DNA from: a virus
Lineage: Duplodnaviria > Heunggongvirae > Uroviricota > Caudoviricetes
Direction: 5' to 3' (one strand)
DNA length: 25,652 nt
Virus record (IMG/VR): IMGVR_UViG_2531839479_000006
Part shown: in pieces, positions 1-7,861 of the stretch
How positions within the stretch are numbered: position 1 is the first letter of the stretch
Layout: each line of letters starts with the position of its first letter
Made by a program: the position numbers and the translations under genes
Notes under the pieces: generated by a model
Database searches by the model: none
Seen by the model: the letters and a program-made list of their open reading frames with translations, nothing else
Told to the model about the DNA's origin: nothing

Positions 1-1119
1 TCAAATAACCAACTTAACCCATTCCTGACCTCGAGTATCGTTATAGCGATCGGTGGTTGCCTGGACTTTATGTCCTAGTAATGTTTTTGTATCGATACCC
101 TGTGCACGGTACAGCCGTTCTGATAGAGAGCGTTGTTCATGAAATGTTGGCGGAGTTTTTCCTGCTGGTGGAATTATCCCAGCCAGATCCCGTGCTTTGG
201 CAAAGTAGTCGCTCAGGTTGTCTTTACTCATCGGCTTCGGTTGTTTCTGGTGCCGACTATGGATTAGATATGGACTTAATATTCTGTCTCGGCACCCATC
301 AATAACTTCTTTTAACGTTATCCCAATGGCATCACAGCGTAGTGTAAGCGGTAACGCCAGACGCATTCCGGTTTTTCCCTGGGTGATATGCAAGTGTTCG
401 TTCCACACATCTGAAAAACGCATGTGGCAAATGTCATCACGGCGCTGACCAGTAACAATCGCAAGAAGCATTGCGTTACGGATAAAGTGTTTTTCAGGCG
501 TTGCATTGTAAATTTTTTGCCAGTCTTCCATGGTGAGCCTGGCTCTGGTTACTTTAGGGATCGGTTTACGGGTAGCCTCCGGAGGATTCCATCCAGGAGG
601 AACTTCCCCTGCATGTTGTGCTTCTTTATAAATATCAACCCATAATCCACGATTTACTCTCGCTGTGCTGACCATGTCTTTATCCAGCCACTCATCCAGT
701 ATTAATGCAAAGTCTCTTACTTCCAGTTCTTTCAATGGGTGGTTTCCCAGACGGGAAACCAGGTATGCAGCCATTCGGGCTTTTTCTTTGTGAGTTGTAG
801 TTGCAATATCCCCATTTTTCAGTCGCGTGTCCTGTATTTTCAGATATCGATCAACCCATGCCTTTAATCTGATACCCCGACGTTTTGTTGCTGACGGACT
901 TTCATCAATTTTGCGCATGAAATATTCAGCTTCTGCTGCAGCTATTCGCTGATTGGCTGTGGAAGCGATTTTTTCTGCTTTGCCTTTGTCTGTTCCGAGA
1001 CCGTGAAATTTTCCAGTCACAGGGTTTTTATACTGGTAGTAAACCCTGCCAGTTCTGCGATCAAACTTTTCGTAAAGACCGGTTACGTCAGTGCTGTTTT
1101 TTCGTGGCCTCGGTGACAT
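1..1119 (-). CDS. int: Tyrosine recombinase, lambda-family phage integrase
   Basis: Complete 372-aa ORF ending at the window edge. C-terminal catalytic region follows the lambda Int pattern as I recall it (AIVTGQRRDD, HITQGKTG, PPTFHEQRSLSERLY, GHK...TDRY, ends EWVKLVI). Start overlaps the upstream xis-like ORF. Confidence 0.9.
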   Translation of the reverse strand: MSPRPRKNSTDVTGLYEKFDRRTGRVYYQYKNPVTGKFHGLGTDKGKAEKIASTANQRIAAAEAEYFMRKIDESPSATKRRGIRLKAWVDRYLKIQDTRLKNGDIATTTHKEKARMAAYLVSRLGNHPLKELEVRDFALILDEWLDKDMVSTARVNRGLWVDIYKEAQHAGEVPPGWNPPEATRKPIPKVTRARLTMEDWQKIYNATPEKHFIRNAMLLAIVTGQRRDDICHMRFSDVWNEHLHITQGKTGMRLALPLTLRCDAIGITLKEVIDGCRDRILSPYLIHSRHQKQPKPMSKDNLSDYFAKARDLAGIIPPAGKTPPTFHEQRSLSERLYRAQGIDTKTLLGHKVQATTDRYNDTRGQEWVKLVI

Positions 1120-1357
1120 GAGTTAAAATCTCCTTCAGTGCATCATCATCGCCAGTATGAATTTCCGGCGCAATTCCCGTTTCACCAGGTCCAACAAATA
1201 CTGCCCGGCGATCTATCAGCCAACGCCCACGAATTTTTTGTGGTCTTGGAACGATGTATCCTAGTTTTCCGTATTTCACCAGGGTAGTGTTTGTTATTGG
1301 GAGACTGAACCGTTTTGGTTTCCACTCATCGAGCGTTATCAGGTACTGTTCGCTCAT
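1088..1357 (-). CDS. xis: Excisionase (Xis-like)
   Basis: Small ORF directly upstream of and overlapping int. N-terminus YLITLDEWKPKR resembles the lambda Xis start (YLTLQEWNARQ, from memory). Start chosen at the MSEQ Met, which has GGAG upstream; the six-frame ORF begins 3 codons earlier. Confidence 0.65.
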   Translation of the reverse strand: MSEQYLITLDEWKPKRFSLPITNTTLVKYGKLGYIVPRPQKIRGRWLIDRRAVFVGPGETGIAPEIHTGDDDALKEILTHVTEATKKQH

Positions 1358-1418
1358 GGCTATCACTCCGGAACGCGCCAGTTGCAGAATACCAACGACA
1401 ACTGGCGACGGTTGAACA

Positions 1419-3893
1419 TTAAAAATCAGCCTGATTCGGAATCAGTTTTTGCCAGATAGCTGAAACGTATTTTGCCTGGTAACGGGCGTCATCAAGTGCA
1501 TTATGGCGCTCACCTTCGAATGGAATAGCCGTTCTGGCATCGAAGTCTATGGCTTTCCCCAGCTCAACGATTGTGCGTACATCGCGATCGTTGTAGTAAC
1601 GCCACGGGCAGGGGATCCCCTGCCGTTCGTATGAACGGCGCAAAATCGTGTTGTCGAAGTTGGCTCCATTTCCCCAGACCTGAACAAAAAATTCACCGGA
1701 GTTTTCGTCGATAAATTCCCGCAATTGTAACAGTGCATCATCTAACGGGATTTCATCGGTCATAATGGCAGATTGCGCTTCGCGTGATTGCTTAAGCCAC
1801 CATTTAATGGTGTCTCGATCAATGACTCCGCCAGCAGTTTCCAGATCGATAGTCTTACTAAATTCCGGTCCCATATCTCCGGTTTGCGGATCGAAAAATA
1901 TTGCACCTATTGAGATAATCGGGGCATCAGGATTTTTTCCCATGGTTTCAAGGTCGATCATTAGATGGTCACACGTCCTACTGGCGGATGTGATTTCGTG
2001 ATGACCGTTCACCTTAATTGAGTGATCTGCCGTCTCGCCAGTTTCATTATCGCTATTGTGATGCTGATTGCCGCCAGTGTTCTTCTTGTTTGGATGTTCA
2101 GCGCCTTCCATTTCCTCCGGATCATCTTCCTGAACTTCAACCTGATACTCTTCATCGAATGTTTCCTGGTATGTTGCGTCGCCCATCACCGCGCCACAAT
2201 CAGGGCAGTTGCCGCCGCCGGTCTGACCGCAGGCGGTGCAGATCTTTTCCGGTTCCTGTTGCACTACTGGTTCAGGTTGTTTCGTTTCTGGCTCGTTTTG
2301 TAACGCATTTGGGCTGTTTTGTTCCGCTTTCTGGCCGTTCTGTTCCGTTTCTTGCTGGTTCTGGTTCACAGAATCGCGGGTTTCCATCCCCTTCACCCAT
2401 TTCGGATCATTCGGATCGCTAATTCCTGCAACAAATTCACCACGTGATACTGCAAGCAGTTCATCGGCGTCAGGCTGGCTGATATTGGCTGCCTGCATAA
2501 TGTTGTTTACTTCGTCAGCGGGAACTTTTACCGGCCCTGGTTGTGCGGTCGTGTCAGATGCACCAGTATTTTGTTGTGAACCTGAGTATGTACTGTTTTT
2601 GCGGACGAAATATTCTTCTTTCGTGATTTCAGTAGCCCCTGCAGCCAGTGCCTTATCCAGACCAGAAGGTTTGTTTGCGCGACCGTATTTTTCGCCGTCC
2701 TTATCGGTGAAAAGGAAGTAGAACGGTCCCTCACGCTCTACAGATGGTTCGTCTTCCACTTCGCATTCGGTTTTTTCGTTGTCCGGCATTGCCGTTTCCA
2801 CTGCATCAGTTTCTGGTACTGGTGACGGGAGAGTACCAGCTGTGCCCTGATTTGTTCCTTCGTCATCTTCAAACACGCCCTTGGTAGTCAGGTATTCAGT
2901 GATGTATTTGTTCAGTGCTACGGGATCTTTGTGAATGTCGATCGGACGCTCACGGACAAGACCAAAAATAGGCTGACGGTCGTAGCGAACGGCATCGGGT
3001 TGTTTGCGCATTGATGCGGAAATGCGCTTCCAGTCTTCGCGATCTTTGTCGATAACTTCATTTTTTGCCCAGCGATGGATGCTGCCGTCAATGTTTCCGG
3101 TATCAATATCGCCAGGCCAGAGAGCGCAGGCCAGTTCTTCATCCAGCGTTTTCCATGTCTGCTTGTATTCGCGACAAATGGCGGCAGTGACTGGGTTGAT
3201 TTTTCCTGCTGAGTTTTCAGTGTTCTGTTGATTGACTCTGGCGCTGGCGAGATCAACAACAGACGTGTATTTTCCAGTCTCTTTGCGCTCTGCGTCCTGC
3301 CGTTTTTTCCAGTTACGTAATTCAGCCTGAATTTCGGGCCATTTGGCACCCGGATTACATTTGTGTTTAACCCATCCGATAGCGAACAGTTTGCGTTCCG
3401 GATACATAGCGTTAATTTCAGGCGTTTTCATCAGTGCTTCAACGATATGCCCGTCAAAGGTAGCAACATCTTCCTGCAGTAATTCCTGCGCGTCAATCGC
3501 CATATCAACGGTGATGTTTTCACATGTACCGAACTTAACCAGGACCGCGTTCTGTACTTCAAGGGACAGCTTGTCAAAATTGACGTTCATCGGATCGGAT
3601 TCTGGTTCGACCGGAATAAAGGAAGCGGATTCCTCATCCCAGCGGTTTTCCTGCATATATTCAGCATCCCAGGAATCGAGGGCAGGGCGGGGTATACCGG
3701 GTTTATCCTCGCAAACAAGAAATTTATAAGCGCAGTCCTGAGCAGCCGGATAATGTTCCAGGAATTGCCAGTGAAATTTTGCGCGGGCGCGACGTTCATC
3801 ACCGGCTTCAATGGCAGTGGCTACAGCGACGGCACCTTCTTCCTTTATTGCCTGTTCGTCCGGAATAGCGGCGCAAATAAAGACTTTACTCAT
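1419..3893 (-). CDS. Prophage exonuclease, 824 aa, with C-terminal DnaQ-like DEDDh 3'-5' exonuclease domain and a central CxxC...CxxC motif
   Basis: C-terminal motifs read directly: IDLETMG (Exo I), WGNGANFDNTIL (Exo II), HNALDDARYQAKY (Exo III with His). Central CTACGQTGGGNCPDCG looks like a zinc ribbon. Sits where lambdoid phages carry exo/recombination genes. Confidence 0.75.
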   Translation of the reverse strand: MSKVFICAAIPDEQAIKEEGAVAVATAIEAGDERRARAKFHWQFLEHYPAAQDCAYKFLVCEDKPGIPRPALDSWDAEYMQENRWDEESASFIPVEPESDPMNVNFDKLSLEVQNAVLVKFGTCENITVDMAIDAQELLQEDVATFDGHIVEALMKTPEINAMYPERKLFAIGWVKHKCNPGAKWPEIQAELRNWKKRQDAERKETGKYTSVVDLASARVNQQNTENSAGKINPVTAAICREYKQTWKTLDEELACALWPGDIDTGNIDGSIHRWAKNEVIDKDREDWKRISASMRKQPDAVRYDRQPIFGLVRERPIDIHKDPVALNKYITEYLTTKGVFEDDEGTNQGTAGTLPSPVPETDAVETAMPDNEKTECEVEDEPSVEREGPFYFLFTDKDGEKYGRANKPSGLDKALAAGATEITKEEYFVRKNSTYSGSQQNTGASDTTAQPGPVKVPADEVNNIMQAANISQPDADELLAVSRGEFVAGISDPNDPKWVKGMETRDSVNQNQQETEQNGQKAEQNSPNALQNEPETKQPEPVVQQEPEKICTACGQTGGGNCPDCGAVMGDATYQETFDEEYQVEVQEDDPEEMEGAEHPNKKNTGGNQHHNSDNETGETADHSIKVNGHHEITSASRTCDHLMIDLETMGKNPDAPIISIGAIFFDPQTGDMGPEFSKTIDLETAGGVIDRDTIKWWLKQSREAQSAIMTDEIPLDDALLQLREFIDENSGEFFVQVWGNGANFDNTILRRSYERQGIPCPWRYYNDRDVRTIVELGKAIDFDARTAIPFEGERHNALDDARYQAKYVSAIWQKLIPNQADF

Positions 3894-3972
3894 GTTGTTT
3901 TAACCTCATTACAGATTTAAGGGTGAACAAATCCCTGCCATTGCTGGCATATAAAATGAAACCGGATATTAA

Positions 3973-4176
3973 TTACGGCGCTGTTTTAAGTCCTGCCGGG
4001 ATTTCGTTATTATCCATGTGAATAACTTTATCGACCGGATAGCAGTTACCGGGAATTTTTTGTTCTGCTGCGGCAGCCATGCATTCTTTCATTGAACCGT
4101 AAATGTCAATAACCATGTCAACAGGCTCGCCAGTATTAAGAAAAACAGTCAGAGTGAGGGCAATAGCAGTATTCAT
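3973..4176 (-). CDS. Small hydrophobic-N-terminus protein, 67 aa, in the position of ydfD in dicB operons
   Basis: Internal Met with AAGGA 8 nt upstream; N-terminus MNTAIALTLTVFL is signal/TM-like. Its ATG overlaps the dicB stop by 4 nt. The six-frame ORF extends to 4230 without a ribosome binding site. Confidence 0.5.
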   Translation of the reverse strand: MNTAIALTLTVFLNTGEPVDMVIDIYGSMKECMAAAAEQKIPGNCYPVDKVIHMDNNEIPAGLKTAP

Positions 4177-4361
4177 TGCCAGTATCCTTTTTGCATCGGG
4201 CGTAAACGTGCCAGCATTGAAAGAATGCATATTTTATTTAATAGCTCCCGTTCGTATTTTCTCTTATTAATGGCATCTTCAGTAAATACTGGGTTACTGA
4301 TAGTGACACCAATTTCAAAACAACCTTCAGACGTATTGACGTTTGGTAATAACGTTTCCAT
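4173..4361 (-). CDS. dicB: Cell division inhibitor DicB homologue, 62 aa
   Basis: 62-aa ORF METLLPNVNTSEGCFEIGVTISNPVFTEDAINKRK...LARLRPMQKGYWQ closely matches E. coli DicB as I recall it, and has the same length. GAGGA sits 7 nt upstream of the ATG. The six-frame ORF (4173-4457) has an unsupported N-terminal extension. Confidence 0.65.
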   Translation of the reverse strand: METLLPNVNTSEGCFEIGVTISNPVFTEDAINKRKYERELLNKICILSMLARLRPMQKGYWQ

Positions 4362-4540
4362 TATCGCGTCCTCAACAATGAATTTTGTGATGCGGTGCCT
4401 GGTGCCTCCAGGTGACGTTAACCAGTTAATAATTAACGCCGGATACAGAGAACCCACCCATAAGAACCAATACGGAAGTCAACTGGCCTTTTTAACTGTT
4501 CCGCGTGCGCTGAGCCGCATTCACCGCATCACAAAATTCA

Positions 4541-4605
4541 CTTTAAAAGGGGCGGGTATCATGGGAAAAACAAAACGGATACCCGCCAAAAGGTAATCAA
4601 CATGG
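4541..4605 (-). ncRNA. dicF: DicF-like small RNA candidate with 3' hairpin
   Basis: Minus-strand reading UUUUGGCGGGUAUCCGUUUUGU...GAUACCCGCCCCUUUU. The core resembles E. coli DicF (UUUGGCGGUAUCAGUUUUAC...CCGCCC, from memory). A 10-bp GC-rich stem followed by a short U-run ends about 180 nt upstream of dicB. Exact ends are not determinable by eye. Confidence 0.4.
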
Positions 4606-5151
4606 GTTGTTGCAGCGGGGTTGTCACTCAGGCGTATGGTCAACCTGACAACCCGGTGGACATTTGCGAGGAACGGAGAACCCCCGCCATACTTACCGCC
4701 GCGCCATTTCGCGGAGTGCCACAACCGGAAGCGCACGGTCGACGAAAATTTAACGACAGGCTATCTATGAACCAGCAACCTCGCCGTGCGCTTTCGCGTT
4801 ATGCTCTGACTTTTCAGAGAAATATCCTTTCAGTAAACTGTCAGTGCCGGATGCTCACCCGTGTCCGGCGCACACACTCCACCTCACCCGTGGAGAACTC
4901 CTTAATTACCAACCCTCAGGAGGGTGAATGTTAAAATCAACGCTTATTGCTAAATGCCTTTATCAAAATCGCATGGTAAGCAGCATTTCAATAGGCGAAT
5001 CTGCAGTTAAAAGTATTTTCGAAGAGTACTTTCGAAGAGTACTTTTCTGGGCGTGATTTTAATAAATGGAATACCAAATTACCGCCAGCAGTTTCAACGC
5101 GTATTCTGAAAGCAACTGAAAGAGCAAGTACAATTCGCGTTAACTATTTCA

Positions 5152-5559
5152 TTAAAGATTTGTGGGGTCTTTGATATCCACAGAGCCTAAAGTATGTGCA
5201 TATGGATGTGCTATTGTGCGCCCCTGTAAATTTGCATCGTTTTCTAAATCTTTTGATTTCAACAGAACATCAGCAAGACTCTGAATCATGCAGAGATAAT
5301 CAAAAACAGTTGCCGTTTCTGTTCTGACTGCTGAAATAACATGACCATTCAGGCAAACAGAAATTACCCGTTCATCAATATCGTTTTCCTGTTTTTGATT
5401 ATCAGAACAATATAGCCCTGAAAAAGCATTGCGCACATTACGAACCATATTATCGATGGTTTCTTTTTTGGTGTATGCCGGGTCAATTTTCACCAGACTA
5501 TCACCGAGTGTCGTTGCAGCAATTATCTGGATTTCTTTTGGTAAATCTTTAAATTCCAT
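5152..5559 (-). CDS. Hypothetical protein, 135 aa, leftward early operon
   Basis: Clean ORF with GAGG 7 nt upstream of the ATG. Same strand and tight spacing with the flanking leftward genes. No family recognised. Confidence 0.55.
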   Translation of the reverse strand: MEFKDLPKEIQIIAATTLGDSLVKIDPAYTKKETIDNMVRNVRNAFSGLYCSDNQKQENDIDERVISVCLNGHVISAVRTETATVFDYLCMIQSLADVLLKSKDLENDANLQGRTIAHPYAHTLGSVDIKDPTNL

Positions 5560-5581
5560 TATTAGCCTCGTTGGTTAACCA

Positions 5582-5800
5582 TTAACGTGGGTATGTAATC
5601 ATTCTGGCAATGCTTAATGCCGCTGCTTTTTCCAGATTGGTGATATCCTGCTCCAGAGCGGACAGATTTTCAGCCTGCTTAGCCCTGGCTTCATTGGCCC
5701 ATTTCAGGTCCTGCGCAGCCTTAATTTTCTGGTGCATCCACTCATAAAGTTCATCATCGGTATAGTCTGGCGCGATGATGACGGGTTCTCGTTTCTGCAT
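5582..5800 (-). CDS. Small protein, 72 aa, same size and position as YdfC of dicB operons
   Basis: ORF with GAGGA 6 nt upstream of the ATG. Identity inferred from gene order and size only. Confidence 0.55.
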   Translation of the reverse strand: MQKREPVIIAPDYTDDELYEWMHQKIKAAQDLKWANEARAKQAENLSALEQDITNLEKAAALSIARMITYPR

Positions 5801-5829
5801 ACTGATTCCTCGCGGTGCTGCTTCGCTTA

Positions 5830-5958
5830 TCAGCCGTTAGATTTTGCCAAACTGGAAAGCGCCTGTTTAAATTCGCTGAAGCTGAGGGCTTCTTCGCCTT
5901 CGGCAAGGCCTTCGAAGTATTCTTCGTAAGCCTTTTCCATGATTGTGTTGAAATCCAT
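5830..5958 (-). CDS. Small acidic protein, 42 aa, same size and position as YdfB; absent from the six-frame track
   Basis: Hand-translated MDFNTIMEKAYEEYFEGLAEGEEALSFSEFKQALSSLAKSNG with AGGTGA 5 nt upstream. It starts 2 nt after the stop of the upstream ORF. The track's 69-aa ORF 5754-5963 is a different frame with junk-like R/K/S composition. Confidence 0.5.
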   Translation of the reverse strand: MDFNTIMEKAYEEYFEGLAEGEEALSFSEFKQALSSLAKSNG

Positions 5959-5959
5959 A

Positions 5960-6115
5960 TCACTCACCTGAGTTTCTTTCCAGCCAGCGACGGGCACCAT
6001 TTTCGGTTTTAAACGTTTTGCTTTTGGTATGCGTCATCGCGGTGAACGTGCCGTCCTGATTGGGAAACACGCCGCACACCAGAGATTCGTTGTTGCCAAG
6101 ATCGATAGTATCCAT
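5960..6115 (-). CDS. Small protein, 51 aa, same size and position as YdfA
   Basis: Internal Met of the 78-aa ORF gives MDTIDLGNNESLVCGVFPNQDGTF..., 51 aa. It is the first gene after the candidate leftward promoter. Confidence 0.5.
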   Translation of the reverse strand: MDTIDLGNNESLVCGVFPNQDGTFTAMTHTKSKTFKTENGARRWLERNSGE

Positions 6116-6324
6116 GTTGACCTCATTTCCCCTTAACGCCGGGGTGGCGGAACAAAAACCTGCTGCATAGTTATTAAAGTTGAACCCTGCCGTCATGTTC
6201 TTACGCCTCGGGCTGGCTACTTAACCCCTGACCACTGCCTGGTAACTCGAAGTATTGCCCTGCATTCTGTAGGATGGGGTGAGGGAATGAATGAGGTTTA
6301 GAAAAACGAACTTTTCAGGTCAAT

Positions 6325-6340
6325 GTTTTTTTATCAAAAC
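6325..6340. promoter_or_regulatory. Candidate left operator (GTTTT-N6-AAAAC dyad) next to a leftward promoter
   Basis: GTTTTTTTATCAAAAC matches the dyad found twice between the cI-like and cro-like genes. On the minus strand it abuts a TTGACC -35 (6319-6324) and, 17 bp downstream, a weak TAAACC -10. Confidence 0.4.
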
Positions 6341-6407
6341 ATTTTAAGCAGGCAGCTGTTAAGCCATCACCACGATGGCATACAGTTAATCAAATAGATG
6401 AGGTTGG

Positions 6408-7046
6408 TTAAATATCTTGTTGAATTTTAAAGCATACGCCCAATATGCAAGATAGATCATCCAGCATAATTGAAGGGTAGCGAGGATTCGTGGGGACTAA
6501 AAGAATATCCGGCCCTTCTATCTCCAGTTTACGAATGACAGGTGTTGTGGTCCCTTTGGGTAAGGCAAGGACAATATTTCCTGGTTGTACGGTTCGATCG
6601 GGATCAACAAAAACTGTTGAACCATTTGGGATGGAAACTCCCCCACCAGATGTTGACATACTGTCACTCTCTAGAACAACTGCAAAGGTATTGACCGGGA
6701 TTTCTCCGACAAGCTGCACACAAGAGGTTATTGAGGAATTTTTCATATAATCACTCCAGCTTGCTGCCTGCTGAAGTGATAGTAGCGGAACCGTTTTTAT
6801 CGGCGGTAAAGATAGATCAAGCGAATCACCTGTATTTAACTCTCCTCCATTAAGAAGCCAATTTTCGTTTACTTTCAATATTTTTGCCAGTGAACTTATG
6901 TAACGCGAGGACGGCGCTCCTCCACCGTTCATCCATTGACTTACGGAGCCTTTTGATGCGCCAGTGCCATTGACAAGGTCTTTGCCTTTCAGGTTTAGCG
7001 CATGCATACGTTGGGTTATGCGTTCAGATATAGTTTGCTTGCTCAT
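6408..7046 (-). CDS. CI-like prophage repressor (N-terminal HTH, C-terminal LexA/S24 autopeptidase domain)
   Basis: The C-terminus follows lambda CI closely (ESDSM...VFVDPDRTVQPGNIV...LVPTNPRYPSI and an RKL lysine motif). N-terminal HTH. Divergent from the cro-like gene. Confidence 0.85.
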   Translation of the reverse strand: MSKQTISERITQRMHALNLKGKDLVNGTGASKGSVSQWMNGGGAPSSRYISSLAKILKVNENWLLNGGELNTGDSLDLSLPPIKTVPLLSLQQAASWSDYMKNSSITSCVQLVGEIPVNTFAVVLESDSMSTSGGGVSIPNGSTVFVDPDRTVQPGNIVLALPKGTTTPVIRKLEIEGPDILLVPTNPRYPSIMLDDLSCILGVCFKIQQDI

Positions 7047-7062
7047 GTTTTGATTTTAAAAC
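7047..7062. promoter_or_regulatory. Operator site 1 (GTTTTGATTTTAAAAC), abutting the cI start codon
   Basis: Dyad GTTTT-N6-AAAAC directly adjacent to the cI ATG. A TAAAAT -10-like hexamer on the minus strand lies 6 nt before the ATG, suggesting a leaderless cI transcript. Confidence 0.45.
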
Positions 7063-7092
7063 ACAGATGGTTTTGTTTCTTGACTTTCTTTG

Positions 7093-7108
7093 GTTTTGAT
7101 TATTAAAC
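7093..7108. promoter_or_regulatory. Operator site 2 (GTTTTGATTATTAAAC) overlapping the candidate rightward promoter
   Basis: Second copy of the dyad, overlapping the spacer and -10 region downstream of a TTGACT -35 (7079-7084), upstream of the cro-like gene. Confidence 0.4.
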
Positions 7109-7137
7109 TTTTGACGTTCAGTTTTATGGAGCGACTC

Positions 7138-7368
7138 ATGAAAAAATCAGAAGTATTAGGCTATTTTGGCGGAGTTGTTAAAACAGCCGCAGCTCTAGGA
7201 ACGTCAAAAACCACAGTCAGCATGTGGGGGGAAGAGGTTCCGTGGAAATGGGCGTTGCTAATTCAGGCAGTCACTGCCGGGGCGCTCAAATATGAGTTAC
7301 ACATACCGACGGTTGTCATTCCCGGTTCTGATCATAATCCGCCTTCTAACCAAGGGGGGGATTCATGA
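7138..7368 (+). CDS. Cro-like HTH regulator (YdaS-like)
   Basis: Small ORF divergent from the repressor. Start chosen at MKKSEVLG, which has GGAG 7 nt upstream. HTH-like segment VVKTAAALGTSKTTVSMW. Confidence 0.65.
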   Translation: MKKSEVLGYFGGVVKTAAALGTSKTTVSMWGEEVPWKWALLIQAVTAGALKYELHIPTVVIPGSDHNPPSNQGGDS

Positions 7369-7790
7369 AAATCAAGCATGAACACATCCGCATGGCGATG
7401 AATGCCTGGGCGCATCCGGACGGCGAAAAAGTACCGGCTGCGAAAATTACCAAAGCGTATTTCGAGCTGGGAATGACGTTCCCGGAACTGTATGACGACA
7501 GCCATCCGGAAGCCCTGGCTCGCAATACCCAGAAAATTTTCCGCTGGGTAGAGAAAGACACCCCTGATGCAGTTGAAAAAATTCAGGCGTTGTTACCAGC
7601 GATCGAAAAGGCAATGCCACCTTTGCTGGTGGCCAGAATGCGCAGCCACAGTTCAGCTTATTTTCGGGAGCTGGTGGAGACGCGGGAGCGACTGGTGAGA
7701 GACGCTGATGATTTTGTCGCAGTGGCAATCGCCGGTTTCAATCAGATGAACCGTGGTGGCCCGGCAGGAAATGCTGTGGCAGTACATTGA
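7365..7790 (+). CDS. CII-position protein, 141 aa (YdaT-like)
   Basis: Start overlaps the cro-like stop (ATGA). It sits where lambdoid phages have cII; resemblance to YdaT is by size and N-terminal MKIKHEHI only. Confidence 0.55.
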   Translation: MKIKHEHIRMAMNAWAHPDGEKVPAAKITKAYFELGMTFPELYDDSHPEALARNTQKIFRWVEKDTPDAVEKIQALLPAIEKAMPPLLVARMRSHSSAYFRELVETRERLVRDADDFVAVAIAGFNQMNRGGPAGNAVAVH

Positions 7791-7861
7791 CTGACAATAG
7801 CCATATCGAATCGCTTCCGGCAACTCGTGAGTAAAAAGATTCGGTATCAGAAGAGGTGAGT

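Noticed and set aside
2018-2721. Several plus-strand ORFs (93-161 aa) inside the exonuclease gene
   Set aside because: Fully embedded antisense in an 824-aa ORF with conserved nuclease motifs. Low-complexity translations.
4602-4934. 110-aa plus-strand ORF in the dicB-upstream intergenic region
   Set aside because: Translation is R/P/C-rich with no ribosome binding site and runs antisense through GC-rich structured DNA. It looks like a non-coding structured region, not a gene.
5754-5963. 69-aa minus-strand ORF overlapping the ydfB/ydfC-like genes
   Set aside because: Wrong frame. It has junk-like basic composition and starts at GTG, while the alternative frame gives a clean 42-aa acidic protein with a strong ribosome binding site.
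5815-6012. 65-aa plus-strand ORF
   Set aside because: Antisense to the tightly packed leftward small-gene operon, with no ribosome binding site.
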